From Hydrolagus colliei (Eukaryota), in contig CM068746.1 in the NCBI GenBank assembly GCA_035084275.1, positions 12,710,001 through 12,774,000 on the forward strand: a stretch of 64,000 nucleotides of DNA, read 5' to 3'. The notes below the pieces were generated by a model that was not told the DNA's origin, made no database searches, and saw only the letters and a list, made by a program, of their open reading frames with translations. Positions within the stretch are counted from its first letter, which is position 1; the number at the start of each line of letters is the position of its first letter. Below, in pieces: positions 50,708 through 64,000 of this stretch. The position numbers were made by a program, and so were the translations under genes.

Positions 50708-51611
50708 TTTTATCCGATGTATGTACCTATTAAAGATAAACGCATCATTTCAATTTGTAATTTGCCTCAACAAAACTATGCAACATGTTTAATGTTAAAA
50801 TATCTCGATTTAAATATTTTAAGCATTCAGATATGGAAATTATTAGAAAAATATTCCCAATGTGGGAAAATCATAATCTTCAATAAGCAATTCAAAGCCC
50901 TGAATGGATTCTCTCACAACCGGCATGATAGAAAATAAGGAGAGATTTCAAAGCAAAAAGGGGGCACAAGGCTGGTTTGATAAGGCCAATTTATTAAGGA
51001 ATGATTCCATTGATTTCTCCTTTGTTCGATAAAAGGGATCGTGACCTCAAAGCAACCCTTTCCCGGGTTGCTTTGAGGTCATTGATTTGGTAACCACATA
51101 AAGTGATTGGTCTATCACTAAATATAGCAGGCTTTTTATTACTTATTTATAATGGGAAATCACTAGTACAGCAAGCTTGACTGGATTTCCATCTATAGCT
51201 ATTGCCGTGTATCAGACACTGCTAGATGGCACACTGCTGACCTTCCCCTCTCTTGCCTGATGAAGGTTTCTGGCTGCTCCATATTCTAATAAGCGTTTCA
51301 ATTGATGGCAATGAGAAGAATGTCTATTTCTTAATATTTTAGGACCAAACAAAACCACCAAGATTCCGACAAGATGGTCACCTCCATTTTCAAAACTACA
51401 ATAACTTATTTCTCCGCGTGACATTTTAATGCGGAGATATTAAAAGTTTCTTCAGGATTTTAATCAATATTTATTTCAACTCAAAAAGGCTTAGAAGCAT
51501 GTCAGGTAAAATTTGAGCTGATTCTAGATGATAATAATAACCCTTACAGTCAGTAAAGTGCCTTTCACTATACCAAGATAGTGGTATAGTGAAATCCGTA
51601 ATTATCTTACC

Positions 51612-52255
51612 CCCCGTGCTGCCGAAACACTTGTGCATGCCTACATCACCTCACGGCTGGACTACGGAAATTCTCTCCTAGTTGGCCTCCCCAGTTCCTC
51701 CATTCATAGGCTGCAGGCCATCCAAAACTCTGCAGCCCGTGTACTATCCCGCACCCGCCTCCGCGACCACATAACCCCCACCCTCGCCCGTCTCCACTGG
51801 CTCCCCATCCTCCAGAGGATCGAGTTTAAGATCCTCGTCCTCACCTACAAGGCCTTACACGGCCTTGCCCCATCCTACTTAACCGATCTACTCTCCCCCT
51901 ACACGCCCACCCGGACCCTCCGTTCAACAGGACTTGGCCTGCTCCAAGCCCCCCGCCCGAACCGCCCCACCATCGGAGGCCGGGCCTTCAGTTTCTCCGC
52001 TCCCACCTTATGGAATGCCATCCCTCAATCCCTCCGTTTCGTCTCTTCCCTTTCCTCTTTCAAGGCCGGTTTGAAGACTTTCCTCTTCGATCGTGCCTTT
52101 TGTTCCACCCCAAACTCTTTTACCTCCCCTTCGTGTTTCACCCCTTCCCAAACACTCCCCTCCCAGCTCGGGTCACACGCCTCCTGTTCAGCGCCTTGGG
52201 ACGTCCTCCCGACGTGAAAGGCGCTCTATAAATGTAAATTGTTGTTGTTGTTGTA
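51612..52255 (+). mobile_element. Well-preserved L2 3' fragment in the troponin T first intron
   Basis: Uninterrupted 194-aa RT C-terminal ORF (HAYITSRLDYGNSLL...LHWLPILQRIEFKIL) plus the standard tail and (TTG)n. Confidence 0.95.
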
Positions 52256-53664
52256 TAGTATAAAGTGGAAGGACTTTGTTTGTGAATGAATTGCTGTATT
52301 TATGTATTTTGTGGGGGTCAGCATATATCAAATTCCCAGCTGCACCCCCCCAAAAACTAATATTAAAGACTGCCTAAAATTCTGCAAATTGTTGAATTCA
52401 ATCTTAACTTCTAAACTGTTGATCTGCCATTCTTAAATCAATTTGCAGAAAAACAGCTTCAAAATTAAGAGTGAATTTAAGAAATGACCAGATTGCTTCT
52501 GTTAATGGAGTAAATCTACGCTGGATAAATTATACTGAGATAAACAGAACAAGGCGCATATTTACCTTATTTGAAAGAAAATTCTCTGAAATGTGCTCAA
52601 CATAAATTATTTTTCACTATCTATACATTTAATGAGCAATAATTTGACACCAACTTATTTAATCAATGCCTCTAATTTCAACCTTATGATTCCCTCTCCT
52701 GTATCCATATTATATCATGTTAGCAAACATTGGTGATAATGGACGTCAGGGACAATAGAGATACCGGATGTGGCTTAGTCCATTAATTGACAAAAACAAC
52801 AACCGCAACAGAATTACCTGAACTGACCTGAATAGTCAGGTCAGGACTCAAGCAAGAGGGAGGGGCATGGTAGTGAGGAGGGGGGCGAGAGAATTAGGAG
52901 GGAAGGGAGAGAGTTAGGAGGGCAGCAGAAGGCACGACCAAAGAGGAGGGTCTTGAGACTGGCCTTGGAGGCGAGATAGAGAGCGAAATGAAGGGACTGA
53001 GGGATGTACTTCCAGAACGTGGGGGCTGCTGATGGTAGAGCAGTCAGGCTGGGGACATCTGTTCCTGTTGTCAGCTAAGTCTTTGTAAATCTTATTTCAG
53101 CACAAGGCGATTGATGTGCACTTTTTGTGACGTGCCGTGAAGTCTATTATATTTGGTCGTAATAAGACTTCAACTTCAATGTTAATTTGGAAGACAAATA
53201 TACAAATTTTGTATGGCACAAAAACCTAAGCATTATTAACCCAGAAGGAGGCGCATTGCTACATGTTTTCAGTCACTAGCTTTAATAATCCTACTTTACA
53301 GTTCTTTTCTAATCCAAATTGCTTGTATCTAAAGGCATTTCAAGTGATACACATCTAAACAGCGATAGACATCTAAACAGGTGTTCTGACTACTGGAACC
53401 AATACAATGTCCCCAGACACCAAGTGATTCATAACAACGTGACATCTATACAATAAGTGCATGTCAATAACTTAAAGAGGGGCTGGAAAAGATAGTTCTG
53501 ACAATAAATGTAAGGATTTTATATTGAATATAAGGATTATTATGTACATTTGCTGAAATAGGCCACACTCAGGTTTTCAAAGACATGTGATATTGTTTCA
53601 TGTATACAAATGAAGGTACTAATATGAATGAAAACAAGAATGGAATAATCACAGACAAATGTAG

Positions 53665-53765
53665 TTGTGAGTGAGTGAGCGAGTGAGCGAGTGAGCGAGT
53701 GAGTGAGAGATTGTGTGAGAGATTGTGTGAGAGATTGTGTGAGATTGTGTGAGAGATTGTGTGGC
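53665..53765. repeat. Compound microsatellite: (GTGA/GCGA)n then 10-mer GAGATTGTGT repeats
   Basis: Seen directly in the sequence. Confidence 0.95.
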
Positions 53766-54636
53766 AGCATTTAATTAATAGATCTCATTCATCCATACTC
53801 TCGAGTATAATACTGTATTAAGTAATGTTGCATTCTCTTATAGTTATCTATTTATATTATCTATATAAATCACCATGGTTTGTCGTCAGGTCCCTGGAAT
53901 ACAAGATAATAAAACATGTCAATTGCACACAAGAATTTGCTGCGTATAAGATCGTGTGTTTTAAGGTGTTGATTCGTGTACATTTAGGAGATCAGTTGGT
54001 TAAATAGGTTAGGAAAAAGACACATTCTGATAGTTTCTTCTCTCATGAAAAGCAACGGAAATGAAATTGTGCGTACATGAATGATGCCTTCTAATAATAA
54101 TGAATGGTAATGTTAATAATGAATGGTAATGAAGTGGGGCTGTGTTAAGGAAAGGCACGTTAACCCAGATATCACTAACAATTGGAAGACATTGATAATG
54201 AACTCCCAGTTCTTTTTTAATTGGAGGAAAAACTACTTAAAAAAGCCATAATCTAATTCTCTTTGGATTCTTTTTTCAGCATACAAATCACAGAAACCCT
54301 GATAAACTATCAAGACCAGAATGATCAACTAAATGAGGATATCTTCAAGCTGTAGGTTTCTAACCATGGATGCTCTCACCCCGACTTTAATAAGCATTTG
54401 AGTGCTAGTAAATAAAGTATTGTATAAAAAAAAGCTTGTTTTTTTTTACAGGGCCATAAAAATATCAATTTGTGTCGTTTGTTTTAAGTCCGTTTTCTTC
54501 CTTGTGCAAGACTCTGACTTGATTATAATTATACTGATAATCAAAAGGATGAAATCAATAAGATGAAAAAAACGGTAAAGAAAGAAAGACATTACGTTTG
54601 GGGTTGTTTTAACAGTGAACTTTGAAGTTGCCTTAC

Positions 54637-55120
54637 CTGGGACTGGGAGTGGGTTAGGAGTTGCAGTGTGTGACTGTTGTGGCTGTCGGTGTCTGCTGTA
54701 CAAGTCCAGCTAACGCTTGACCACATTTAACTTGCCTCGTTTCTCTATTGGCCAAGTGTGTCCTCCTCCTCACCCCCCCCCCCCCCCCCCCCCCTCCCCA
54801 CCTCCCCCCACCCACCCCTCCCTGCCTGGGACCACTTGATAGACAGACAAAAAAAAGCCTTTGTGGTTTTGGAATTTATCAGAATATTTTTCGTGTTATT
54901 AATAATTTAGAGGACAATTCGGCTGAGCAGGCTCCAGTTTATTTATATTACGTGTGAGGTCCCGCTGTTATCTGGAAGGGGGAGGTGAGAGGCAGCAATG
55001 TTGAAATGCATAGGCCGAGATGACAGGTAGCCATGCCGGAACTGTCACCAGCAAGTCAGACAATTTGGCTATCATTCAGACCATTCCACGAGCGTTGTCA
55101 GATACCCAACCTTTAAATAG
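54637..55120 (-). promoter_or_regulatory. Candidate troponin T promoter and non-coding exon 1
   Basis: CAG|gtaagg donor at 54637; TTAAAT at 54730-54725; CCAAT at 54751-54747; G-tract ~54773-54820; MEF2-like TTATTAATAA 54896-54905; GATA 54968-54973; M-CAT-like CATTCCA 55082-55088. Confidence 0.6.
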
Positions 55121-55511
55121 CACCAAAAAAATAGTGTGAAAAGTCCCTCAAACGATAGAATGCGCAACGCAAACAAAAAAAGAATTGACACGAGGGTTAT
55201 GACATTTGTATGTCATTCCCCTTCAAAGTTGAGGAAACATGTTCAGGCAGGGTCATCTGCATTAGTCTTCTGGGTGTCAAAAGACCTTCCAAAGACAGGC
55301 ATTGTGTTTATATATTAACCTCATTAAGTTTGTAAACCATTTCAATAGATTTTTTTTAACATCCACGTCTTTGAATCTTGTAACTTTCTCCGGATTGTCA
55401 GTTTGGCTTGGTTTGACTTCCTGAGTCAAAACTTTTGAGGTCAAATCACCTTCACCTTATAGTCTAGGGCTAACCCTCAACCCAGTACCAAGAGTGCTGC
55501 GTTGTCCTGTA

Positions 55512-55820
55512 GTCCTGTAGCTCAGTGGTTAGAGCATTTGCCTTACAAGCGAGAGACCTGGGTTCAATTCCTGGCAGGTCAGGGCGAAACATTAGGCAAG
55601 TTTCCTTATTCCACATGCCTAACAATAATGCCTAAAATAAACAATGATAAATTAGTCATTTCAATCTACGGCTGTTTGTGGGACGCTGCTGTGCACAATT
55701 GATTGCTGCATTTTGCCCACAAATATACAGTCAATTAACTTTACAATATATTCTGTGAAATGCTTTGAGACGTCTAGAAGATGTGAAAAGCGCCATATCA
55801 AATGCAAGGATTATTATTAT
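55512..55820 (+). mobile_element. Full-length Deu-type tRNA SINE
   Basis: gtcctgtagctcagtggttagagc head, ggttcaattcc B box, aaatgcaaggattattatt tail. Inverted partner at ~56080-56367; two further copies at ~58418-58732 and 59283-59588 (-). Confidence 0.9.
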
Positions 55821-58800
55821 ATAAATCATAAAACATAAATATTCAATCAAGAAACATTTATTTTGCTGGCGGACTCAATGTTGGCCACCATTGCTTCAGT
55901 AGGAAGTTTGTTTGGCGAGATCTGTGTTTGCCAACCATATTTGCTACCAGATGTATCTCAGTTTATTATTGAAATGTGATGGACCATTAGTAATCAGAGA
56001 TCTCTGGTATTGACAACCATGAGATTGTGACAGTGAGGATCTGAGTCCAGTCCAATGTGGACCTTAAACAATAATATATAATAATAATCCTAGCGTTTTG
56101 ATATAACTAGATGTTTCAAAGCACTTCACAGAATATATTGTAAAGTGAATTGACTGTATATTTGTAGGCGAAACGCGGCAGCCAATTACACACAGCAGTG
56201 TCCCACAAGCAGTTGTGGATTGAAATGACCAATTATTATTGTTTATTTTTCTTGAGGGATTATTATCAGGCGTGTGGAGTAAGGAAATTGCCCAAAGTTT
56301 CATCCTGCTGGAAATCGAATCCAGGTCTCTCGCTTGCAAGGTGAATGCTCTAACCCCTGAGCTACAGCATTGCATGATATCCATAAGACTGACACTCTCC
56401 TCCTTGGCTTGCCCATTCTTTGGAACTCCATCCCTCAGCCTAACTGTTTGAGTTGTCCTCCCAATACAAAAGGCATTATATAACTGTTGTTATTGTTATA
56501 CACCATTTTTTTTATTTGGAGAAGCTGTTGCTAGCCAAGACACCAGGAGAAACTCCTGCCTCTTTTTGAATAGTGTCATGGGATCTTTAAAGTCTACCCG
56601 AACAGGCAGGTGGGACCTCAGTATGACATCTCTTCCAAAGGACAGGACCTCCAACAATATAACACCATTGGAGTGTCAGCTGAGATGATCTGAATTCCAA
56701 GTCCTGATGTGTGGCTTGAACCCAGAACCATTTGACTCAGAGGCAAGAGTGCTTCCAACTGAGCCAGACTGACACGCTAATGAATAAACACTTCAATAAG
56801 TCATCTTATAGAAATAATCTATTTATTGTGACGATATCATTTTGATAATACATTGTTTGGAACATTTTTTTGATGCAAAAAGGTGGATATCTGCAACGCA
56901 AACTGTTTGTGGTGTTCACAAAATGGCAGAAAGACAGATAATTCAAGATAAAGGTTGCATAGTTTTATTTTCAGACAGACCTATACAATAATTGAGTGCA
57001 TTTGCATTTCTTGTTATATGTAAACCCCAAAAAAGGTACAAAATGGTTAATGTTTCATAGCGAAGCACATTTTTGGGTTGATTTCCACCTTTATTTAACT
57101 TTGCATATAGGTAACTAAGATATACATGGAGTGGTAAAAGCCTATTTTTTTTGTCTATTTGGCCTCTCAGAATTCAACTCCCTCCAGGTCTATCATATAT
57201 ATTTCAGTGTCATATACCTTCCAAATTCCCTCGGAACTAAGGCCTTTGAATGGTCTTGTCTTTGCAACGTATACAGGCTAAAATATGAATAAAAGTGTGA
57301 TACATCAAAAAAGGTACTCGGTACAAGTCTTGTGACATGCATAGTGGAAGTTCAGTGTTTTGGAGAAGTCTTACCCTTTTTGCCTTCCAATTCCCCTAGT
57401 CTTTCCATTGTCCTATCTCCTTGCGGATATACAGAAACGAACACACACGCACACATACACTCACTCACATAACCTACTTTGCGCCTTAAAATATATTGTG
57501 TTACTTTTTTTTTAACTGAGGCAGCTTTGACTTTTTTTGGTTTGTCTGCTTGAGAACTTGCTTCGAACATCTAAGGCCAGTTATTATGGTTCTATATTTA
57601 ACAAAAACAAATTGTGAACGTTTCAAATAAGCTGTGACTTAGGCTACTATCTGGTTTATTACTGAATACATGATCTAGCACTTTAAGCCAGTTAAAAGCT
57701 CTCTACACAACACTACAAAGCTAGAACTTATGAAAGTTATCTCTGATGAGTCAACCATTACTCAATGTTCCACCATTCAGAGCAAAATCAACCAGTCCTT
57801 AATCAGTACCACTATCGGAGATCGAATTTTAAACCCATTTAAACATTACATTTAATAGAAAAGTAAAAAATAGGACATATTAGGCAGAGCTCAACTTTTT
57901 TTTGTCTCAAGGAGAAATCTTATCTGAAATCTTGATAAGTCTTTAACATTGAATTTATCAATCAATTCGAGATCAAATGTTCTTTTTGCCATATTTTACT
58001 TTATAGGTGTACGTGTAATAAAAAAAGAATTATTTGTAGTTTTATTCATCAATATTCTAACTGCTCAGATTTCACAGCACATCTCTTTGTTTTTAACCAC
58101 ATTTCGCAATGATGTGTGCAAAGGCAGATTACCGGTAAAGGTCAAATGTGATTGTGGATTTTAAATACAGTGCTAATTTACATGGCTTTGACTGGGATAT
58201 TGTGAAACAATTTGTTAATAAAATATTACATAAATATAAAAAGCTGGCCTAGTCCTTTTCAATAACTTGTGGACCAAATCTTCAAGGCCTCTTTAGGATT
58301 CGTTTTCACAGTGTGCCATTCCTGCTGAAAAAGACAGAAATAGTCATGGCGATGAACAAATCTGGATATGTAATCATAACAATCCGTACATTACTTATAG
58401 TGCCTGTTCACTTTATAATAATAATCCTGGCATTTGATATAGTGCTTTTCACATCTTCTAGACGTCTCAAAGCGCTTCACAGAATATACTGTAAAGTGAA
58501 TTGATTGTATATTTGTGGGTGAAACACGGCAGCCAATAGCTCACAGCAGTGGTCCACTAACTGTCGTGGATTGAAATGATCAATTCTATTGTTTTTTGTT
58601 GGACGGATTATTACTAGGCGTGTGTGTGGAGTAAGGAAACTTGTCCAAGATTTCGCCCTGACCTGCCTGGATTCGATTCGAACACAGGTCTCATGCTTGT
58701 AAGGCGAGTGCTCTAACCACTGAGCTACAGGAAGATGATGTGGAATGCACTATCCAAGTTGAAAGCAATTTTTTGTCAGCGAATTCAGGAATTTATGAAT

Positions 58801-60286
58801 AATTATTTGTTGAATAAAATCATTAGAGATTGGAATATTGTACGGATTCTGTGTGATTTTAGAACTGAACCATGTACCTATTTTAAACTCCTGTATGTAT
58901 CTGTTCACATAGCACGGTATCATTATCATACTTAATAATATTACGACAAGTATTCTGTGAATAGTGTGAACAGCAGGAGACCACTCTTGCGCTTTGACAG
59001 GCACCGTCGCATGCAAGGAATGGCAAGTTTAGACCTTAGATACAGTAATTCCATCCAAGTTCACTCCTTGAACAGCATCCAGTTAATTTGGATTATTCTG
59101 AAGAGGGAATTGCTCAATTTCATTACAGAACCACAATCAACTATGTAGCCTGGGTTAGAGCCTGGATGTGACCGATGGGCAAATTTGAGGCCGAAACCTG
59201 TGACTTGATCAGAAAGCAAGTGCAGGATTGATAACATCGCTTGGGTGTCTGCAGCCTACAATTATCTATACAATAAAAAAAAACTTGCATTCTGATATAG
59301 CGCTTTTCACGTCTTCTAGACGTCTCAAAGCGCTTCACAGAATATACTGTAAAGTGAATTGACTGTATATGTGTGGGTGAAACACAGCAGCCAATTGCGC
59401 ACAGCAGCGTCCCCACAAACAGTCATGCATTGAAATGACCAATTTTAATATTGTGGTCTTTTTCGGGGACATATTATCAGGCATGTGGAGTAAGGAAACT
59501 TGCCCAAAGTTTGGCCCTGACTTGCCTGGATTTGAACACAGGTCTCATGCTTGCAAGGCAAGTGTTCTAACTGCTGAGCTACAGGACGCAACAAATGAAG
59601 TGATACAGTATTAACCCTCCCAAGATATGTTATTTACTGAAATATAACCCAATCCACTTTCAAATTGCTACTGTTATACTCTTTTATCAGCAGATTTTGT
59701 GTATGCTGTACTCTTAACCCTTGATACTGATCCCAGTCCAATTATCATACATTAGAGTAGGCTGCTAATCTCAGCTCGGATACTGCAATAATCAGGCAAT
59801 AATACTCAGCTGTTGTGAGGTACAGTGATCTGATTCCTGTGCCTCCTCACTTTCCTTTCATAGGCACATTTAAATCTCCAAGGCAGCAAACAAATGATTT
59901 ATAGTCAAAACCCACATGTCTCTCATTCTAACACACACTGGCCACACGCAATGCAGTAAACATGATTCGCATTCCTTTCGTCATTTAAATTTAGACAATG
60001 CAGTGAACAGCTGACAGGCTGACATTCTCACACGTTCCCAGCAAGGAACAAAGTTATGAATTATTCATTGTCTGAACCCAACAATTTGCCATCCAGCAAT
60101 GGTCATTCTTCTGTGGAAAAGTAGCCGCAGCCATTGATTCAGTGGAGTGTCCGTTGATTGCCCTAGTTGTCCCCAACACTGCCCCTGAGTTCTTTTGCGA
60201 TTGTCCCAAGCTTTTTGATGATGGGGCATTGACTTTATTGAGGATACGATGAAGAAAATCTCACGTTCAGCTGCTGGGAGCCATTA

Positions 60287-62528
60287 TTAATACCTGTCAG
60301 TGGAGCCTGAAATAGTGCGGTGAAAAATATGACAAACAGTTGGCTCTGACCGCGATTTTCCACTTCCAAGTGTTTACGAAAGTCACTTACCATTAGAGTA
60401 ACCGCGCTGATTCTCATCTGAACCTAACTTGAATTTACTCCCAGCTGTAATCTGGGGATAACAAACAATAAAACACAATGCTCATTATTTGTATGTTGTT
60501 GCATTCAATTATCAGACACATCCCCTCCTCAAACGGCCTATTCTATTCCCCTTTTGACCAGCATGATTCTCTCTGTTATGTTTTGTCATTGTGGTGCTTT
60601 GATTCACACCTGAACACGAGGTTCAAAGCATACGGGATGTCAAGATTTGCGAGATTCACAAAGGCATTTATGAATCGTGAGTATTCAAATGTGCCTTCAG
60701 ACAACCCGCTCACAACCAACTTTAGTTGCTAGATTATATCAAGTCAGATTGTGGCCAAAAATGTCAGTGACTATAGGAGCACACTGGTATATCGTGATTA
60801 TTATGCACTAATACAATACAATACAATACAATACAGTATGCATTTACATTGCTACTGTACTGTGCCTATCAGCAGGACATTCCGAGGTGCTTAACATTCC
60901 TGCTTGATTTGGGGGGGTGAGCCGAGGTGGGATGGACAAGGGGAAAAGTGACCCACCAAAACAGCGGTCAAAAGAGTAGGTTGTGAGATGGATCTTAAAA
61001 GAGGCAAGGGAGGTAGCAATTCTTTGGGATTTGAGGTGAGAGTGGAGGCAGATAAACTGAAAGCAATGATCACTGATTCTGTGAAATGTACTTGAACCAA
61101 TGAAACAACAATTTATAAAATAACAAGAGTCTCATTATTGATTTATCAGTGAATCAGCTGGGATTGAAACATCTAAAGCTTCTTGCTAAATTCATTCTGG
61201 CTGCAAACCGCAGTGAACCCATTATTAAATTAAACAGTTTGAAATGGTCTACAGGAATCTCCAAACCTTCCAAATAAAGTAATTTCCTCTGACAGCAATT
61301 GCCCCTTCTTTGTTACTCTTTATTCTCCATTTGCTCCTTTTTGTTTCGCACAATTCACTATTCCCTCTTCACAATAAACACATTGTAATATTGATGCAGA
61401 TTTAACAATGGTATAGCAGTCTCAAAAAAATAGGTTGTGATGTAGACTTTGAAAGAGACTAGTGTGGTTGCAATTCAGAGGACTCCAGGACAATTGGATG
61501 TAGTCGAGCATATCTACACTGAATTAGTCCACAATATGAAGATATACCTGTGTGTGTACTCACCTTCAAATAGTTTCGACCACTTAAATCATAGGTCCAC
61601 CATGGAGAACTAAAGACTCATAGAATCATCGAATCATAGCACAAAAGGAGGCCATTTGGCTCATCTAGTCTGTGCCGGCTCTTTGAAAAGAGCAACTCAA
61701 TCCCACTGCCCAGCTCTCTTCCTATAACCTAACAGACCTGCTCTCCCTAAATAAAGATCTAATTCTCTGTTTTTTATTCTCTATTTTTTTATTATTTAAA
61801 CATAATTGGGAGTGAGTTATTCCCTCTAGTATGTCATTCTGGAATCCACACAGCTATATATGGACTGGACAGGAAGACAGCTAAACTCTTGTCTTCCAAA
61901 GATGCAAATGAATGATTAGCAAGAGCATGCAGCAGAGGCGAATAAAGCTGTGAATTCTAAACCTGTTCTCTGGATCAGGGTAAATATGATCGAAACTAAA
62001 ACACTATCCTAGGTTATTTGAAGGTTTTAAAATTTGTTCTTATACTGCGTTCCACCTTCCTGTTGACCCCTGATACCGGCTCTTACTCATTCACATCATA
62101 TCTTTCAAACAAGAGTCAGAAGTTTATTATGTTTGAGCGGTTACCGATTGTGTTTACTATTCCAGTGTTAATAACAATAATCCTTGCATTTTGATATAGC
62201 GCTTTTCACGTCTTCTGACTTCTTTCTCCCTGACCTGCCTGGATTCAAACACAGGTCTCACGCTTGTAAGGCGAGTGCTCTACCAACTGAGCTACAGGAG
62301 CTCCATGTGTTAATACCGGGGTCGATAATATTCAAACAGTGCTCAAGTCTTTCATGCGTTCAACCTGCGGCTTAACTTTTATTAAGACTGCAAAAAAAAA
62401 GTAAGGTTGCACATATCTAACTCCTAGCTGATGTTAACCTTAGATGGAGTGGCTGACTTTTCATTGGGAGAATCTGTTTTATTTTCCCATAGGTTACGTT
62501 TGCTGGATACATCCCCTGGCTTCACATC
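60287..62528 (-). CDS. CALD1: Caldesmon-family gene, last three coding exons (5' part not identified in the window)
   Basis: 62528-62439 encodes DVKPGDVSSKRNLWENKTDSPNEKSATPSK (cf. caldesmon DLRPGDVSSKRNLWE); 60451-60391 ITAGSKFKLGSDENQRGYSN; 60306-60287 GSTDRY*. Phases 0,0,1; AATAAA ~50 nt after the stop. LAD1/LSP1 paralogues not excluded. Confidence 0.72.
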
Positions 62529-64000
62529 CTGAAATCAGAAAGATAAATAAAAAAAATTATGAGTAGTTTTTAATCACATATCGAGGCAAGGAGGGTGTGA
62601 GGCAATACAATGAGTGGCCAATGTAACAAGGACTCTGTGGCATTGAAATAGCGCTGGTGCAAGGTGACCGTGAAAGGGATACAACACAAACTATCAACCT
62701 GCATTTAGTTTGCATGATGAGCAGTGGGCAGAGAACAAAGCCGTGTTCTTGAAGCACACACAGTGCACGTCTGATGGATGGGACGCTATTGTCTCTGAGG
62801 GGATGTTTGGAGAATAAACCAACTTCAATATCCAAATCAGATTTCAATATCGGTAATCTTCAGTTCCATTTTGTTTTAAATGGTGATCGTCGGAACATGA
62901 GTTACTGCGGTAAAGAATGGGCAACAACCACAATAGCAGCTACAACAACAACAAAATTACACACTGCACACTTCACTGCACCACCACAAACAAGGGTTGG
63001 ACAACGTTGGACAATCTTTTGAAGTGTCGGAATTATATAGGTGGTAATTAAATTCCTACAATTCATTAAATTCCTACAATTCTCTCTGAACTATAATAAT
63101 AATTATAATCCTTGCATTTGATATAGTGCTTTTCACGACTTCTAAACATCTCTAAGCGCTTTGCAGAAAACACAGTAAAGTGAATTGGCTGTATATTTAT
63201 AGGCGGAAAAAGAGTGATGGTTTGTGGCTGTGGGCCTGGAGGTGTAGAACAACAAGAAAATAATCAATGCAAGTTTACCTGATAGATTTCTCACAAGAGT
63301 ATCCCTGAGCACCAGGAAGCAGAGGAGAGAAGGACAGAAGGAGACACTATGCCAGCCAGATAGAAATAAATGAGGCATGAAGAAAGGAAGTGGAGGAATC
63401 AACTGGGCAAGAGAACAGGAGAGGTTAACAGTTATTAACGTTGTACGAGATCTTCAGATTAGTGCAACCAAAGTTGAAAAAAGGACAACAGAGATTGTGT
63501 TAAGCCAATACATTCGAAACAACGGGGAGAATGAGTTAAGGATGTGATGGAAACGTTTTTGAAGTGTTTGAATTTGTTATGCTGAATTTGAGAGCGCCCT
63601 CCTGTGGGTACCTCTTGCAACCCACAAAGCGACCAAAATTGTTTTCAAATAGTACTCATTACTGCTTAAATTCACTGAAAAGAAATAAGCGTTTCTAGTT
63701 GCTATTGTTTCCACGATGGACTGAAACATTACATGACGGACTGACTGACCGATAGGTCACTGCTCAGATATATAAACTGCCTTCATCACCACCCCCCCAA
63801 CTATTTATTAACAGCTGGCATGAGTCTAACCGTCTGCCTGTTACTTGTCCAGCCAGGAACAGCCTACACAACAACAACAACAACAATTTACATTTATAAA
63901 GCGCCTTTCACGTCGGGAGGACGTCCCAAGGCGCTGACACGTTAGGGCTTTGAAATAAATAGGAAAACTCTTCATTTAATAAGTCTAAAGGATTGAAGAC

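Noticed and set aside
55512-55585. tRNA genes (also other tRNA-like heads)
   Set aside because: Each continues into a SINE body and tail; these are SINE heads.
57352-57570. Troponin I remnant (EIGQWKD resembling EVGDWRK)
   Set aside because: Requires a frameshift and a weak AAG acceptor, no other TnI exons were found, and TNNI is expected upstream of the caldesmon-family gene.
63280-63690. Further caldesmon exons
   Set aside because: Splice-like sites exist, but the translations show no caldesmon similarity or have incompatible phase.

Overview
Repeat-rich vertebrate genomic DNA, most likely from a cartilaginous fish (inferred from Deu-type tRNA SINEs and L2/CR1 LINEs). I reconstructed four intron-containing genes by hand from splice sites and reading phase. 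(1) A plus-strand Ig-superfamily inhibitory receptor: germline-joined VJ domain, C1 domain, TM and two ITIMs (5087-11798; leader exon not located). (2) A minus-strand gene model that joins in frame a signal peptide, a B7/butyrophilin-type IgV domain, a single TM helix, a complete NACHT module, about 5-6 LRRs and a helical tail (32527-17616, about 961 aa). This would be a type I membrane Ig-NLR fusion receptor and is the stand-out finding; the TM-to-NACHT splice is inferred and needs transcript proof. (3) A complete troponin T gene, cardiac-like and possibly TNNT4 (50707-40017). (4) The last exons of a caldesmon-family gene (62528-60287). Also present: a TSD-flanked hAT element with a BED finger, a Tigger-like MITE, a second TIR-bounded element, many L2/CR1 fragments and SINEs, and decayed Penelope-type hammerhead motifs. 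Most of the listed ORFs are repeat-derived or low-complexity noise.
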